Origin: Sulfurimonas sp.
Lineage (GTDB): Bacteria; Campylobacterota; Campylobacteria; Campylobacterales; Sulfurimonadaceae
Assembly: GCF_034005705.1 (NCBI RefSeq)
Contig: NZ_JAVEUF010000005.1
Coordinates: 58,469-122,468, forward strand
Direction: 5' to 3'
DNA: 64,000 bases
Part shown: positions 10,236-20,245 of the stretch, in pieces
How the letters are laid out: each line of letters starts with the position of its first letter
How positions within the stretch are numbered: position 1 is the stretch's first letter
Translations under genes and position numbers: made by a program
The notes under the pieces: model-generated
What the model saw: only the letters and a program-made list of their open reading frames with translations
Databases searched by the model: none
Told to the model about the DNA's origin: nothing

Positions 10236-12040
10236 GAAGACTCTTTGTAAAGGTCGCTCTTTTTATGATGTTTGTAAGCGGCATCTTGATGTATGAACCG
10301 TTTGAGCTCTCTTGGGAGAACTTCAGGCTCATCCAGCCTCTGCATATAGCAGGCTCTATCATGATAATGCTCTTTTTTATGGATTCGTTCATATATAAAC
10401 ATATCCGCAGATACTTCTTTATAAAAAAGATAAACAGCACGGAGGGGTGGCTTCTTCTTTTAGCTTTTGTTTTGGTCACACTTAGCGGTGTTTATCTCTT
10501 TTTTATCGGCAACCGCGGCGGAGATATGTTCGGGATAATCTCCTTTAACATCCATCTCTATGGTTCGCTCGCTTTGGCGGCTCTTTTTCTGTGGCATATC
10601 ATAAAGGCAAAGGGCCAAAACGCACAGCCGCTGGCTCTGCTTAGCGCAGTTTTACTTGCATATCCATCTGTTTCGTACAGCAAGGTCACGGAGCTCTCTC
10701 TTTTTGAGATAGAGGAGAAAAGAGAGGCTTATCACAGCGAGGATTGGACTAACTCTGCAAAATGCAAATCTTGCCACAGCGAGATATTTGAGCAGTGGAG
10801 CAACTCGAACCATAAACATATGGCAGGCTCGAATCCTTACTATATGGTCATGGAGACGCTTGCAGGAGAGGTCGAAGGACAGGAGTTTCGCAAATGGTGC
10901 ATGGGGTGTCACAATCCAAGCGCTCTCTCGGTTGGACTTGCTAAGAGCACGCACGCGATGGATGGCAATTTTGTAAGTAACGAGCATTTTGAAAATGGCG
11001 CAAAAACGCTTCTTGCGGATTTTAAAGAGCACGGCAACTTCAGGCTTGAAGAGGGTGTCTCATGTATCGCATGTCATCAGATAACCGATGCCTCAAGCAA
11101 AGGAAACGCATCTTTTAGAATCTCTTTAGATAGGCAAAAATACGCATTTGAGGATTCCAATTCGGATCTTGGGCGCTGGTTTAGCGAAAAACTTATCAAC
11201 GCAAACCCTCAAGTCCATAAAGAGAGCTACTCAAAAGAGTTTTACAAAGAGAGCCGCTACTGTGCTTCGTGTCATGATGAGTTTCACCCGCAAAACGGCA
11301 TAAAGATCGTCTCAACATTCGAGGAGTGGAAAAAGTCGCCGTTTAACAATCCAAATGATAAAACTAAACACAAAACCTGTGTAGATTGTCATATGACATA
11401 TTTAAAAGATGATAAATTCGCACCTCTAAAAGGTACTTCAACTGAGGGCGGCGTTATAAAGGACGATGTTAAAGTTCACTACTTTGCAGGCTCTAACCAC
11501 TTTCTGGCAGGGCTTAGAGACAAAAAGCATGAAGAGCAGACACTGCAACTTCTTAGAACTTCTGCAAAGCTTGATATAGATATAAAAGATGGAGTTTTGG
11601 AAGTAGGCGTTAAAAACGTCGGAGCAGGGCATCATCTCCCTACGGGTGTTGCTGATTTTAGGGAGCTGTGGCTTGAGGTTGAGGTCAAGGACAGAGAGGG
11701 CAGGGTCATCCTCTCAAGCGGAAGATTAAAAGATGACGGCGACATAGAAGATGGAAGCAGACTCTTCCAAAAGGTCTTTGGCGACGAGGAGGGCAAACCT
11801 GTTGGGCTTCTGTTTTGGAAGTATAAAACGCTTTTAAGCGATACAAGAATACCCGCAGGAGAGAGAAGGGCGGAGAAGTTTGCGCTGGGAGAGAATTTAA
11901 AATATCCGATTCAAGCGAGCGTAAAACTAAACTTCAGGATATATCCGCAGTGGGTGACTGATGCCGTACGAAAGGTATTTCCGGTTCTTGGAAACCCAAA
12001 TGTGGTCGAGCTTGCAGGTGTGCAAAAAGAGTTTAAATGA
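10232..12040 (+). CDS. Membrane-anchored pentaheme c cytochrome (c554-like) with N-terminal His-containing TM domain
   Basis: CKSCH, CMGCH, CIACH, CASCH, CVDCH; GAGHHLPTG motif; several TM helices in the first ~145 aa. Confidence 0.85.
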   Translation: MRRLFVKVALFMMFVSGILMYEPFELSWENFRLIQPLHIAGSIMIMLFFMDSFIYKHIRRYFFIKKINSTEGWLLLLAFVLVTLSGVYLFFIGNRGGDMFGIISFNIHLYGSLALAALFLWHIIKAKGQNAQPLALLSAVLLAYPSVSYSKVTELSLFEIEEKREAYHSEDWTNSAKCKSCHSEIFEQWSNSNHKHMAGSNPYYMVMETLAGEVEGQEFRKWCMGCHNPSALSVGLAKSTHAMDGNFVSNEHFENGAKTLLADFKEHGNFRLEEGVSCIACHQITDASSKGNASFRISLDRQKYAFEDSNSDLGRWFSEKLINANPQVHKESYSKEFYKESRYCASCHDEFHPQNGIKIVSTFEEWKKSPFNNPNDKTKHKTCVDCHMTYLKDDKFAPLKGTSTEGGVIKDDVKVHYFAGSNHFLAGLRDKKHEEQTLQLLRTSAKLDIDIKDGVLEVGVKNVGAGHHLPTGVADFRELWLEVEVKDREGRVILSSGRLKDDGDIEDGSRLFQKVFGDEEGKPVGLLFWKYKTLLSDTRIPAGERRAEKFALGENLKYPIQASVKLNFRIYPQWVTDAVRKVFPVLGNPNVVELAGVQKEFK

Positions 12041-12417
12041 AGATACTCTTTGTTCTGTTTATAACGACGGCAGCGCTTTTTTCAGAGCATATAAGATGGC
12101 AGAGTGATTTTGACAAAGCTCTGTTTGAAGCAAAAAAAGCCAAAAAAGAGCTGCTTCTTTTGGTGTTAAAAAAAGAGTGCGCGGAGTGCAGAGAAGTTTT
12201 TGTAGAGGTCTTTAGTGATGAAGAGGTACAAGAGGAGGTTAATAGAAAATATATTGCCGTCGTCGCTTTTTTTGAGGATAAAAACAGTTACCCTATAGAG
12301 CTTTTTTACACACAAGCCTTTCCGAGCCTCTTTTTTGTCTCAAGCAAGGACGAGTCCTACCTGCAAAAACCTCTAAGAGGCCATTTTACAAAAGATGATG
12401 TTTTAAAAAGTCTTTGA
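12037..12417 (+). CDS. Exported thioredoxin-fold protein (SoxW-like)
   Basis: Signal peptide, W..DFDKAL.EAKK, CAEC, cis-Pro loop (AFPSLFF). Confidence 0.75.
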   Translation: MKILFVLFITTAALFSEHIRWQSDFDKALFEAKKAKKELLLLVLKKECAECREVFVEVFSDEEVQEEVNRKYIAVVAFFEDKNSYPIELFYTQAFPSLFFVSSKDESYLQKPLRGHFTKDDVLKSL

Positions 12418-12466
12418 AATCCACTTTACGTCTTCCAAAGAGCTTGATCATCCGAATAAAAATAGA

Positions 12467-13519
12467 CTATTTTTCACAACTCCACGCTACAAATGCCCAA
12501 AAAGTCGGCTTTAGAGAATCTTGTCTATTTTCTACATGTAGCTTAAAGTACTCTTTTGCTTTTTCTTGTTGTTCATCATTTAAAGAACCCAGGCTCCAGA
12601 TTAAAGATGTTACAAATTCATCGGCATTTGAGTATTTTACGCTTCCGTCTTTTGTTGCTATGTAGTCTATTTTAGGTAGATAACCGTCTTTATAAAGCAG
12701 TATCGGGATATACCAGAAATCAGGTTTTGTTATGATTTTTTTCCCTATATAATCCAATATATCCATATCAACAAAACTGCCGCCTGTTTTGTAGGTAAGA
12801 TAGCATGCCTTTTTTGCATGAGATGACATTTTTGATAACGCATCTTCCAGATCTAGAACTTCAATACTCCTTGAAGCAACGGCAATATCTACCTGCGGTA
12901 GATGACTCCAATCATCTTCCCAGCCGATATGGTAAGTCGTGATATTCTTTACTCCCTCTCGCGCGGCATAAGCTTCAAGTTCTTCTAACATCTGCGATGA
13001 AAAATCTATGGCTATAACATGTTTGACTTTTTTCGCAAGCGGAATCGCCAAAGTCCCGGGTCCGCAGCCGATATCTAGCACTGTGTCCTCTTTTGATATA
13101 TTCATGCGGGATATAAAATCTTCAACATAGTGAGATTTTTGCATTCTCGGAGCCATCTCTTTTGATTTGTTATCCCAATCACCGCTATTCTTACCTTTAA
13201 AAACAGTTTTTTGTTTATGTTCTTTATACATGCGGGCAAAATTAATCGGTTCTAAAAACATTTTTTTTCCTTTTTTTATTTTCTTTTTTGGTTGCCTAAA
13301 TTTAACTAAATAGTACAAATCTACAACTTCTTTTTTAAGCCTGTTTTTTCTCAAATAGATATGAAAAAAGACAAACAGGACAAAAATAACTCCGGCACTT
13401 ACATGTAGAGTATCTGCTGCATAATGAAAGTGTAAGAGATAACCGCTAGAGACTACAATAACAACAGATATGCTCATCAGCAAAACTATAGCCAAGTTCA
13501 ATATAGCTTTAACTCTCAT
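12467..13519 (-). CDS. Class I SAM-dependent methyltransferase preceded in frame by a DUF4405-like two-TM segment; internal start likely at 13261
   Basis: VLDIGCGPG motif I, IDFSSQML; N-terminal H-x13-H TM helix; AAAGGA-N7-ATG before MFLEPINF. Confidence 0.85.
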   Translation of the reverse strand: MRVKAILNLAIVLLMSISVVIVVSSGYLLHFHYAADTLHVSAGVIFVLFVFFHIYLRKNRLKKEVVDLYYLVKFRQPKKKIKKGKKMFLEPINFARMYKEHKQKTVFKGKNSGDWDNKSKEMAPRMQKSHYVEDFISRMNISKEDTVLDIGCGPGTLAIPLAKKVKHVIAIDFSSQMLEELEAYAAREGVKNITTYHIGWEDDWSHLPQVDIAVASRSIEVLDLEDALSKMSSHAKKACYLTYKTGGSFVDMDILDYIGKKIITKPDFWYIPILLYKDGYLPKIDYIATKDGSVKYSNADEFVTSLIWSLGSLNDEQQEKAKEYFKLHVENRQDSLKPTFWAFVAWSCEK

Positions 13520-13736
13520 ATATGCCCTTTTTCATGCATATAAAACTATCGCTGCACCATCTTCTAAAAAGGCAGTTGTAGCAAGAGTTTTTTTTAGTTG
13601 AAGTGATTAACTCATCTTCATCTTTATCCAGTACAAAATTTTCGCATAGAGCTGCAGACTCTATGGCTTTATCATAATTTTTTTTGCCATATTTAAAAAC
13701 AAAACTATTATCTCTTTTATAAAACATGCAAACCAT
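13509..13736 (-). CDS. Small Cys-rich protein of unknown function
   Basis: C..F..D.DE....SCYNCLFRRWC...F.C pattern; translationally coupled to both neighbours. Confidence 0.7.
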   Translation of the reverse strand: MVCMFYKRDNSFVFKYGKKNYDKAIESAALCENFVLDKDEDELITSTKKNSCYNCLFRRWCSDSFICMKKGIYES

Positions 13737-14467
13737 CAGTAATCAAGCAGATCTTCTTTAACAAGAGGCTTGTAAAAACCTCCGTATTCTTCAAGAAGCA
13801 AAACTGATTTATGGTCAATAAATACTCCTTTTAGATACTCGTCTATGATAATAAGACCGTTTTTATCTGCTATTTTGCCATGTTTTAACCTTACTTCCTC
13901 AAATAAACCCTTTTCTAATAGTTCTGAGATGGCAATAGTTTTTTTACGGAGTCTTATCTTCCCTTTTATACGGCCGTCATTTCCGTACGCTCTTAGAGCA
14001 ACTCCCGCTAAAGCACCGATTATACCGTTGCCTTTGTTCTTTACCTCTTTTAAAAAAAGTTTTTGTGCAGCCGCTGTTTCATAGGCACTCTCTTTGGTTA
14101 AAACTATTTTTTTCGCATCAAGACCATAAGCAATAAGCGCATCTCTATTGCAAATATCTCTCTCAAATCCCATGCACACTCCGGGCGATGAAGAGGGTGC
14201 ACTTTTGTCTGCAACGTATGAGAGTATAAAATTTTTGACTTGCTCAAATGTTTCTAAATCAAGCTCACATGTAAAACACATGGAGCTGTTATGAGAGGTG
14301 TAGGGAATCCTATCATCAAGCAAGAGCTGATGGCGCGATATAGGTGTTGTACGAGAGTGATTTTTATCGATATACTCTCTAATATCTTCACAAATTTCTC
14401 CCGTGGATGTATAGTATCCTATCTCGTCCGTATCGTCTATGGCTATATATACTTTATGTTTGTTCAT
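13736..14467 (-). CDS. TiaS N-terminal-like (DDTD) protein lacking tRNA-binding domains
   Basis: IAIDDTD...TG, RHQL....IPYTSHNSSMC, SSPG, GNGIIGALAG resemble the TiaS catalytic region; only 243 aa. Confidence 0.7.
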   Translation of the reverse strand: MNKHKVYIAIDDTDEIGYYTSTGEICEDIREYIDKNHSRTTPISRHQLLLDDRIPYTSHNSSMCFTCELDLETFEQVKNFILSYVADKSAPSSSPGVCMGFERDICNRDALIAYGLDAKKIVLTKESAYETAAAQKLFLKEVKNKGNGIIGALAGVALRAYGNDGRIKGKIRLRKKTIAISELLEKGLFEEVRLKHGKIADKNGLIIIDEYLKGVFIDHKSVLLLEEYGGFYKPLVKEDLLDY

Positions 14468-14479
14468 AATAGCTTCTTT

Positions 14480-16447
14480 TTAAAACTTATACTCTAAAGA
14501 TGCGAAGAATTCTCTGCCTGCCATAGGGTATGCCATATCGTATCTTACAAGTTCGTCCGTTAGATTTTTCACGCCTATTTCAGCCGTTAAGTTTTTTGTA
14601 GGCTCATAAATCGCTTTCAAATCAAAAGTTGTGAAGCTAGGGGTTGTGACATAGCTGCCGTCTAGCTTATTTTCATAAGCACCGTTGCGATACTTTGCGT
14701 TTGCATAAATAGAAAAACCTCCCCCGATTTCTTGTTGTGCGTAAGCAAAAATCTGGTGTTTTGGAACATCCACTATCTCAACACCGCTATTTTCTTTATC
14801 TTTGATGCTTATGTAGGTGTAGTTACCCCCGACATCCAAAGTATCTCTTTTGTAGTTGAGTTCTAGTTCAACGCCTCTATGATCAAATTTCCCTACATTT
14901 TGGTTTTGAAGCAACCCTGATGGAATATGAACGACACTTTGAATCGCGTCATCAACTTTTGTGTAGAAAAAATTAGTGCGACCGATAAATGCGCCAAGCT
15001 GCTTTTGATAGCTTAACTCATAGTGCGTAGAGATTTCACTTTCCAAATCAGGATTTGGAACAGCAGTTCCAAGTTTTCTAGAGTATCTATCCTTCATGGA
15101 CGGCATATATGTTTTTCTTGATACGCTAAACTTAGCTTTTGAACTCTTATCCGGTGAGTAGATAATCGCCGCTTGTGGACTAAAAGAGCTTTGTGTCTCC
15201 AGAGCCAACATGTCAAGGTAAGCTGTATTTGTGTCAAAAATTTCATCGGCAGTTTTTTTGTCGTAACTTATTCCTGCTAAAAGTTCCCAATCAGATGAGA
15301 TAGTGTAAATATCTTCTAAACCCAGAGAGAGCGTGTGATCTTCATATCTTTCGGTAAGAGTCTGGGCATCAGTTGTTTTGCTTATATCGTAGCCTCTGTG
15401 AACATCTTTTTTATAGTTTGCGGCAGCTTTTAGGAAATTGTTTCCTAGTTCAACTCCATATTCTAATCTGGCACCGTAACTGTAGTCGTCATATCTGCTT
15501 TTAAATGCCCAGTTTTTTGTAATAGAGCTAAAAGTGGCGTCGTCATATGAGTAGAGTGAGTTTTTGCTTTTGTCATAATACGCCAAAGCTTTTATATAAC
15601 TGCTCTCAAAGTTTTTTTGCCCCGTAATAGAGATAGTCTCTTTATCCCAATATGGCCAATCCCAATTTTTGTTTTTTGCAAAATCTGTGTCTGTTACGGG
15701 AGGCTGCTGTTTTTCGCCCTGCTGATTTACATAAGAGATTGCTATTTCGCTCTTATCGTCTGCAACATAACCGGCTTTAAGACTTACTTTTTTATCCTCA
15801 TTTTCACTTCTTAGCCTCTCTCCTGATGGTTGAGTAGCAGTAGTTTCATAATCATCGCTGATTTTAAAATGGTCTTGTTTGCTGTAAGAAGCACCAAGCT
15901 GTGCATAAAAATTCCCCTGTTTTGTACCTACATTGATACTCTCTACATGTCGAGCCATTTTTGCATCCGAATCTAAAACAATTTTACCTTTGACATTGCC
16001 TTCAAACTCTTTTGTCGGTTTTCTTGAAACAATATTTACAACACCGCCCATTGTGTTTCCACCGTAAACTACGGATGAATACCCTTTTGAAACATCAATA
16101 GAACCGATGTCTGTGGTTAAAAATCTACCGTAATCAAAATTGCCGTCATAAGGCACATAAACGGGAATACCGTCTATAAAAACACCCACTCTTTTTGCAT
16201 CAAATCCTCTGATGTAAAGAGTCGATTCGCCGCGGCCGCCTTGTACATCTTGATTTATGCCGCTTAGGTTGTCCAATGCTTCACTTACCGTATCCGAGCT
16301 GTTTTGTGAAATAACCTCCGGCGATATACTTTGTTCAAATAAATTTATATCTTTTACATTATCTTGAACACTCACCTGCCCAAGCGTAAAACTCTCCGCT
16401 AGGAGCATAGATGTCGCTATAGATATACCCAATATACCTTTTTTCAT
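14480..16447 (-). CDS. TonB-dependent outer-membrane receptor
   Basis: Signal peptide, plug motif (LYIRGF...VFIDGIP...IDVSKG.SSVVYG..TMGGVVNI), NLTD, C-terminal EYKF. Confidence 0.95.
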   Translation of the reverse strand: MKKGILGISIATSMLLAESFTLGQVSVQDNVKDINLFEQSISPEVISQNSSDTVSEALDNLSGINQDVQGGRGESTLYIRGFDAKRVGVFIDGIPVYVPYDGNFDYGRFLTTDIGSIDVSKGYSSVVYGGNTMGGVVNIVSRKPTKEFEGNVKGKIVLDSDAKMARHVESINVGTKQGNFYAQLGASYSKQDHFKISDDYETTATQPSGERLRSENEDKKVSLKAGYVADDKSEIAISYVNQQGEKQQPPVTDTDFAKNKNWDWPYWDKETISITGQKNFESSYIKALAYYDKSKNSLYSYDDATFSSITKNWAFKSRYDDYSYGARLEYGVELGNNFLKAAANYKKDVHRGYDISKTTDAQTLTERYEDHTLSLGLEDIYTISSDWELLAGISYDKKTADEIFDTNTAYLDMLALETQSSFSPQAAIIYSPDKSSKAKFSVSRKTYMPSMKDRYSRKLGTAVPNPDLESEISTHYELSYQKQLGAFIGRTNFFYTKVDDAIQSVVHIPSGLLQNQNVGKFDHRGVELELNYKRDTLDVGGNYTYISIKDKENSGVEIVDVPKHQIFAYAQQEIGGGFSIYANAKYRNGAYENKLDGSYVTTPSFTTFDLKAIYEPTKNLTAEIGVKNLTDELVRYDMAYPMAGREFFASLEYKF

Positions 16448-16472
16448 TTTTTCTCCTTTTTTTTATCGTATT

Positions 16473-16886
16473 TCAAGCTACTAAAATGACGCTCGAAGCT
16501 TTAAATACGGCATATACGGTGTCGTTTGCCTTGATATCGAGATCTTTGATGGCATCGTTAGTTACGACGGCACAAAGTTTGTTCCCGCCGATAGAGAGTT
16601 TTACCTCGCTGTTTACGGCACCCGTTACAACTTCGGATACTTTTGTCTTTATGTTGTTTCTAGCAGTTGCTTTTAGCTTCTCTTTGCTAAGAACAACAAA
16701 AGAAGACTTTATAAGAGCAGATACATCTGAGCCGATTTTAAGCACTAAAGAGTCTCTTGCATCATTTGTAATCGTTGCGCATATAGTTATCTCCTCAGAG
16801 ATTTTCACTGCAACCTCGCTCATTACACCGCCGCTTTTCAATTCTACTACAACTCCGTTTAACTCATTTCTTGCACTTGTTTGCAT
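16473..16886 (-). CDS. Tandem TOBE/Mop molybdate-binding protein (ModG-like)
   Basis: Two Mop repeats: SARNELNG...LIKSS and TARNNIKT...VFKASSV. Confidence 0.9.
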   Translation of the reverse strand: MQTSARNELNGVVVELKSGGVMSEVAVKISEEITICATITNDARDSLVLKIGSDVSALIKSSFVVLSKEKLKATARNNIKTKVSEVVTGAVNSEVKLSIGGNKLCAVVTNDAIKDLDIKANDTVYAVFKASSVILVA

Positions 16887-17003
16887 CTTTTTTCCTTTAA
16901 ATTTTTGGTTTGATTTTTTGGCTAAATATTTTTAGCATCCCTTTTGTTATGTTCTCATCGCTTGAAGCAACTTTTAGTGTTAAATGCAGATTTTTTATCC
17001 TCC
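16884..17003. repeat. 120-bp direct repeat, copy 1 (duplicated 3' end of the LLM gene + RBS + ATG)
   Basis: Matches 20243-20362 with 2 mismatches by manual alignment (offset 3359). Confidence 0.95.
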
Positions 17004-17975
17004 TTTTTTATATAAATGAAGAATCTCGGCAAATTCTTCTTGATTTGGTTTATAACCAACGAATCGTGTGTAAAAGCTAGAGCTTTCTTTTTGCATATCT
17101 ATCTCTTTAAACAATGCAGGATAAAAAGTTTTTGCTGCCCACAGAAGCATAAGAGGCTGTTCAGATGTACGGTATGCCCAAAGATGAATACCTCTAGGTG
17201 TAGCAAATATTTGTCTGTTTTTCACTGCATTTAATGTAGAAAACTTTTTATTTTTATATAAATCATCTATATCATTAGGATTGCTCAAAACAATAATGTC
17301 TGGATTTGTAAGAATAATCTGCTCAATTGAAAATGTATATTTTTCTATTTTTCTATTGCTATCACTTAAAGGGATTCCTCCTGCATTGCTTATCCACCAG
17401 TCAACAATCAAATGAGGCGTTGTCATTGTTCTATAATCAAAATATAAAACTTTTTTCTTCTCTTCTTTTGGAATTGTTTTGATAACAGAACTTACATATT
17501 TAAGCTTTTCATCGAAATAATCAAGATAAGAAATTGCTTGTTTTTTGGCATCTAAAACATCCCCAAGTAAAAGCATAATTTTTTTAATATCTTCTGCTTT
17601 TTGCCATTGTAATGCAATAGAATTGATTCCTTTTGATTGCAAATTAGCCGCAACAAGAGGGTCCATCGTAAAAACAATGTCCGGTTTGATTTTTAGGAGC
17701 GCTTCTACATTTACATCACGATTCATTCCATGTGTGAAATTAGCAGAGGCATAGGGTGCAACGTGATTATAAAAATTTACTGTTGTCGATGAGTGTTTAA
17801 ATTGATCAGGGAGTTCATTTTTAATCAAATCACCTTTTCCAAGAATAAAAATAAAACTACTTATTACGGGAACTGAGCCGATAGTTATAATGCTCTCTAC
17901 TTTTTTTGCCATAGCATCTACAAAGAGGATGCTAAGAAGTAAGAGAATTTTAATTATATGGCTTGTTTTTCGCAT
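16995..17975 (-). CDS. Periplasmic binding protein, class III (FeCT/BtuF-like)
   Basis: Signal peptide, NVEALLKIKPD, EQIILTNPDII, LNAVKNRQIF. Confidence 0.9.
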   Translation of the reverse strand: MRKTSHIIKILLLLSILFVDAMAKKVESIITIGSVPVISSFIFILGKGDLIKNELPDQFKHSSTTVNFYNHVAPYASANFTHGMNRDVNVEALLKIKPDIVFTMDPLVAANLQSKGINSIALQWQKAEDIKKIMLLLGDVLDAKKQAISYLDYFDEKLKYVSSVIKTIPKEEKKKVLYFDYRTMTTPHLIVDWWISNAGGIPLSDSNRKIEKYTFSIEQIILTNPDIIVLSNPNDIDDLYKNKKFSTLNAVKNRQIFATPRGIHLWAYRTSEQPLMLLWAAKTFYPALFKEIDMQKESSSFYTRFVGYKPNQEEFAEILHLYKKGG

Positions 17976-20245
17976 TAGAATTTTGCACTCAATGAAATAA
18001 CCGCAGCAAAAGGTGCCCCAGACATGTATGATGTAGTATTGTTTAATGAAAAATCATTATTGCTGATGATACCAATGTATTTTTCATCAAAAACATTCAG
18101 TAAACTAGCATTAAGAGAAACCTCTTTCAAAGATAACACATTCTTTAAGTTATAGCCTGCATGAATATCTACAACACTGTACGCATCTACTTTTTGAGTA
18201 TTTTCAGCATCTCCATATCTAGAATCAGAATAACGAACAATGGGAGAAATAAAGAAATCTCCTGTCTCATAAGTCATACCTAATTTAACAAGTAATTTTG
18301 GAATATCAGGAACTTGATTGCCATCTGTTTTGACTGTTTGTGTAGCAGATATTACAGTATCACTATCGTATTTTGATATCGTATAAGATGGCGAACAAAA
18401 TAACGATAACGTTGGTGTTGCTTGATATGAGAGTTCCGCTTCAGCTCCATAAGCATGAGCTTCACTCGAACTGATGTTATATCTTTGTCCAGCCTCAGCA
18501 TCATAAATATTTAACTCCTTATCTGTATATATAGAATAAAACAAAACAGGTTTGAAGTGAAGATTTTTATTATTGTACGTCATAGAAAGCTCAAAATTAT
18601 CTGCCATTTCAGGTTTTAGCATGTCAAACATATCTTGCATGGTATGATTGGCTTTATATGTAACACTTGCTTTTTGATAAGCAACAGCTTGTGGACCCCA
18701 GTCTGGTCTTCCGTATGTTTTTGAATACTGCAAAGCGCTTGAAAGCAGATTGTCGAACTTATAATCAAGTGAAATGTTTGGAAGTACTCTATGGTAAGTT
18801 TGAGATTTAACATTTTCTCTGACTGCTGGTGTCGCAGCACTAATGGCTTCATCATAAGAAAGAGTACCCGGAAGCGTATTTATATTTTCGTAATACTGAA
18901 GATCCGCTGTTTTCCAAATCAAATACTTTAAACCACCCGAGAAAGTAAAATTATCAATGCTTTTAACACCAGATACAAAAAAAGTATGTAAAAGATTATC
19001 TGTTTGTTTAGATAGGGTTGAATAGTAAGAAGGTAATTGATTTCCGGATGCATCAAGTAAAGAGTCTTTTCTATAAACAGGCGGTGGCGGAGCTTCCATA
19101 TTTAAAAAGTCATAGCCGATAGTAAACTCGGTGCCTCCAATGTAAGCATCAATCTTTGTAAGCAATCCAAACTGTTCATGTTCAATATCCCATCTTGTAA
19201 TTTTATTGCTCCCTGCACTATATAATCTATACCCATCTTCAGCCCAATAGTGAGGCTTTATCGTTAAAATAGCTTCATCTGCAATTACGGCTTTGATGTC
19301 AGCAATAATGGCATACGATTCATATTCTTGTCGATTATAGTCGTAATATTTATCGTTATCAGTAGCCCCAGAAGTAAGTTTTGAGTTAAAATCATATTTG
19401 TAGTATGTATCTAAATCACTTGCTTGTGCAAAGCTTAGCGATCTATAATCATGTGTTTTTATTTTGCCATATGCAGCATAAATATTTGCAGTTACTTTAT
19501 CTCCAAAATTTTGAGTATAGCCTAAATTAAAATTCTGTTTTCCATCAGGACTACCACCTTCTCCTTTCCATTTATCGCCGGAAGTATTTGAAAAAGAGAG
19601 AAAAAATGAACTGTCCGTGGAGAGTTTACCGCTGTCAATTCTTCCAAATGTTCTTAGAAAATTATTGCTTCCAAAGCTTTGTTTGATACTACCTCCAAAA
19701 TCTTTAGAAGGTGAAAGTAAATTGGCATTGATAACGCCACCCGATGTTGAAAGCGAAAAACCTTTGTCTGAAGCTACAGCACCTTTATAAAGGTTAAGTT
19801 CACTTAAATTTTCCATATCAAAAAGCTCACCGCCCCCAATAGCATTAGCACCTACTACACCTGTAAGCGGAAGATCTTCAATGGTTCGACCAATATGAAA
19901 AGAACTTTTCCCTCGAACCTTGATATTTTGCGCACCTATACCTGACATATCTGCTGTTTGTACATTCACCCCGGGAAGTATGTCAAGCGCTTTATAGTAG
20001 TTACTTTGTGCCGGACCGCCAATGTTGTCAAGTGCTTTTTTAGTTAATGTGTTTGTACTAACGGCATTGACGGGTTCTTTTGCATATATGGAATTTTCTT
20101 GCTGCTCATAAACAGCTTCAACACCATCTAATGTATAAACTTTTGATGCTGTTTTTTCTTCCGCCAAAAGATTATTGCTTGATAACAATAAGATAGATGC
20201 GATATAACTCACATGTATAAAGTTGAGATTTTTCCCTTTTTTCAT
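17975..20245 (-). CDS. TonB-dependent outer-membrane receptor
   Basis: Signal peptide, LPGVNV...IKVRG plug, NVFDEKY, C-terminal SAKF. Confidence 0.93.
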   Translation of the reverse strand: MKKGKNLNFIHVSYIASILLLSSNNLLAEEKTASKVYTLDGVEAVYEQQENSIYAKEPVNAVSTNTLTKKALDNIGGPAQSNYYKALDILPGVNVQTADMSGIGAQNIKVRGKSSFHIGRTIEDLPLTGVVGANAIGGGELFDMENLSELNLYKGAVASDKGFSLSTSGGVINANLLSPSKDFGGSIKQSFGSNNFLRTFGRIDSGKLSTDSSFFLSFSNTSGDKWKGEGGSPDGKQNFNLGYTQNFGDKVTANIYAAYGKIKTHDYRSLSFAQASDLDTYYKYDFNSKLTSGATDNDKYYDYNRQEYESYAIIADIKAVIADEAILTIKPHYWAEDGYRLYSAGSNKITRWDIEHEQFGLLTKIDAYIGGTEFTIGYDFLNMEAPPPPVYRKDSLLDASGNQLPSYYSTLSKQTDNLLHTFFVSGVKSIDNFTFSGGLKYLIWKTADLQYYENINTLPGTLSYDEAISAATPAVRENVKSQTYHRVLPNISLDYKFDNLLSSALQYSKTYGRPDWGPQAVAYQKASVTYKANHTMQDMFDMLKPEMADNFELSMTYNNKNLHFKPVLFYSIYTDKELNIYDAEAGQRYNISSSEAHAYGAEAELSYQATPTLSLFCSPSYTISKYDSDTVISATQTVKTDGNQVPDIPKLLVKLGMTYETGDFFISPIVRYSDSRYGDAENTQKVDAYSVVDIHAGYNLKNVLSLKEVSLNASLLNVFDEKYIGIISNNDFSLNNTTSYMSGAPFAAVISLSAKF

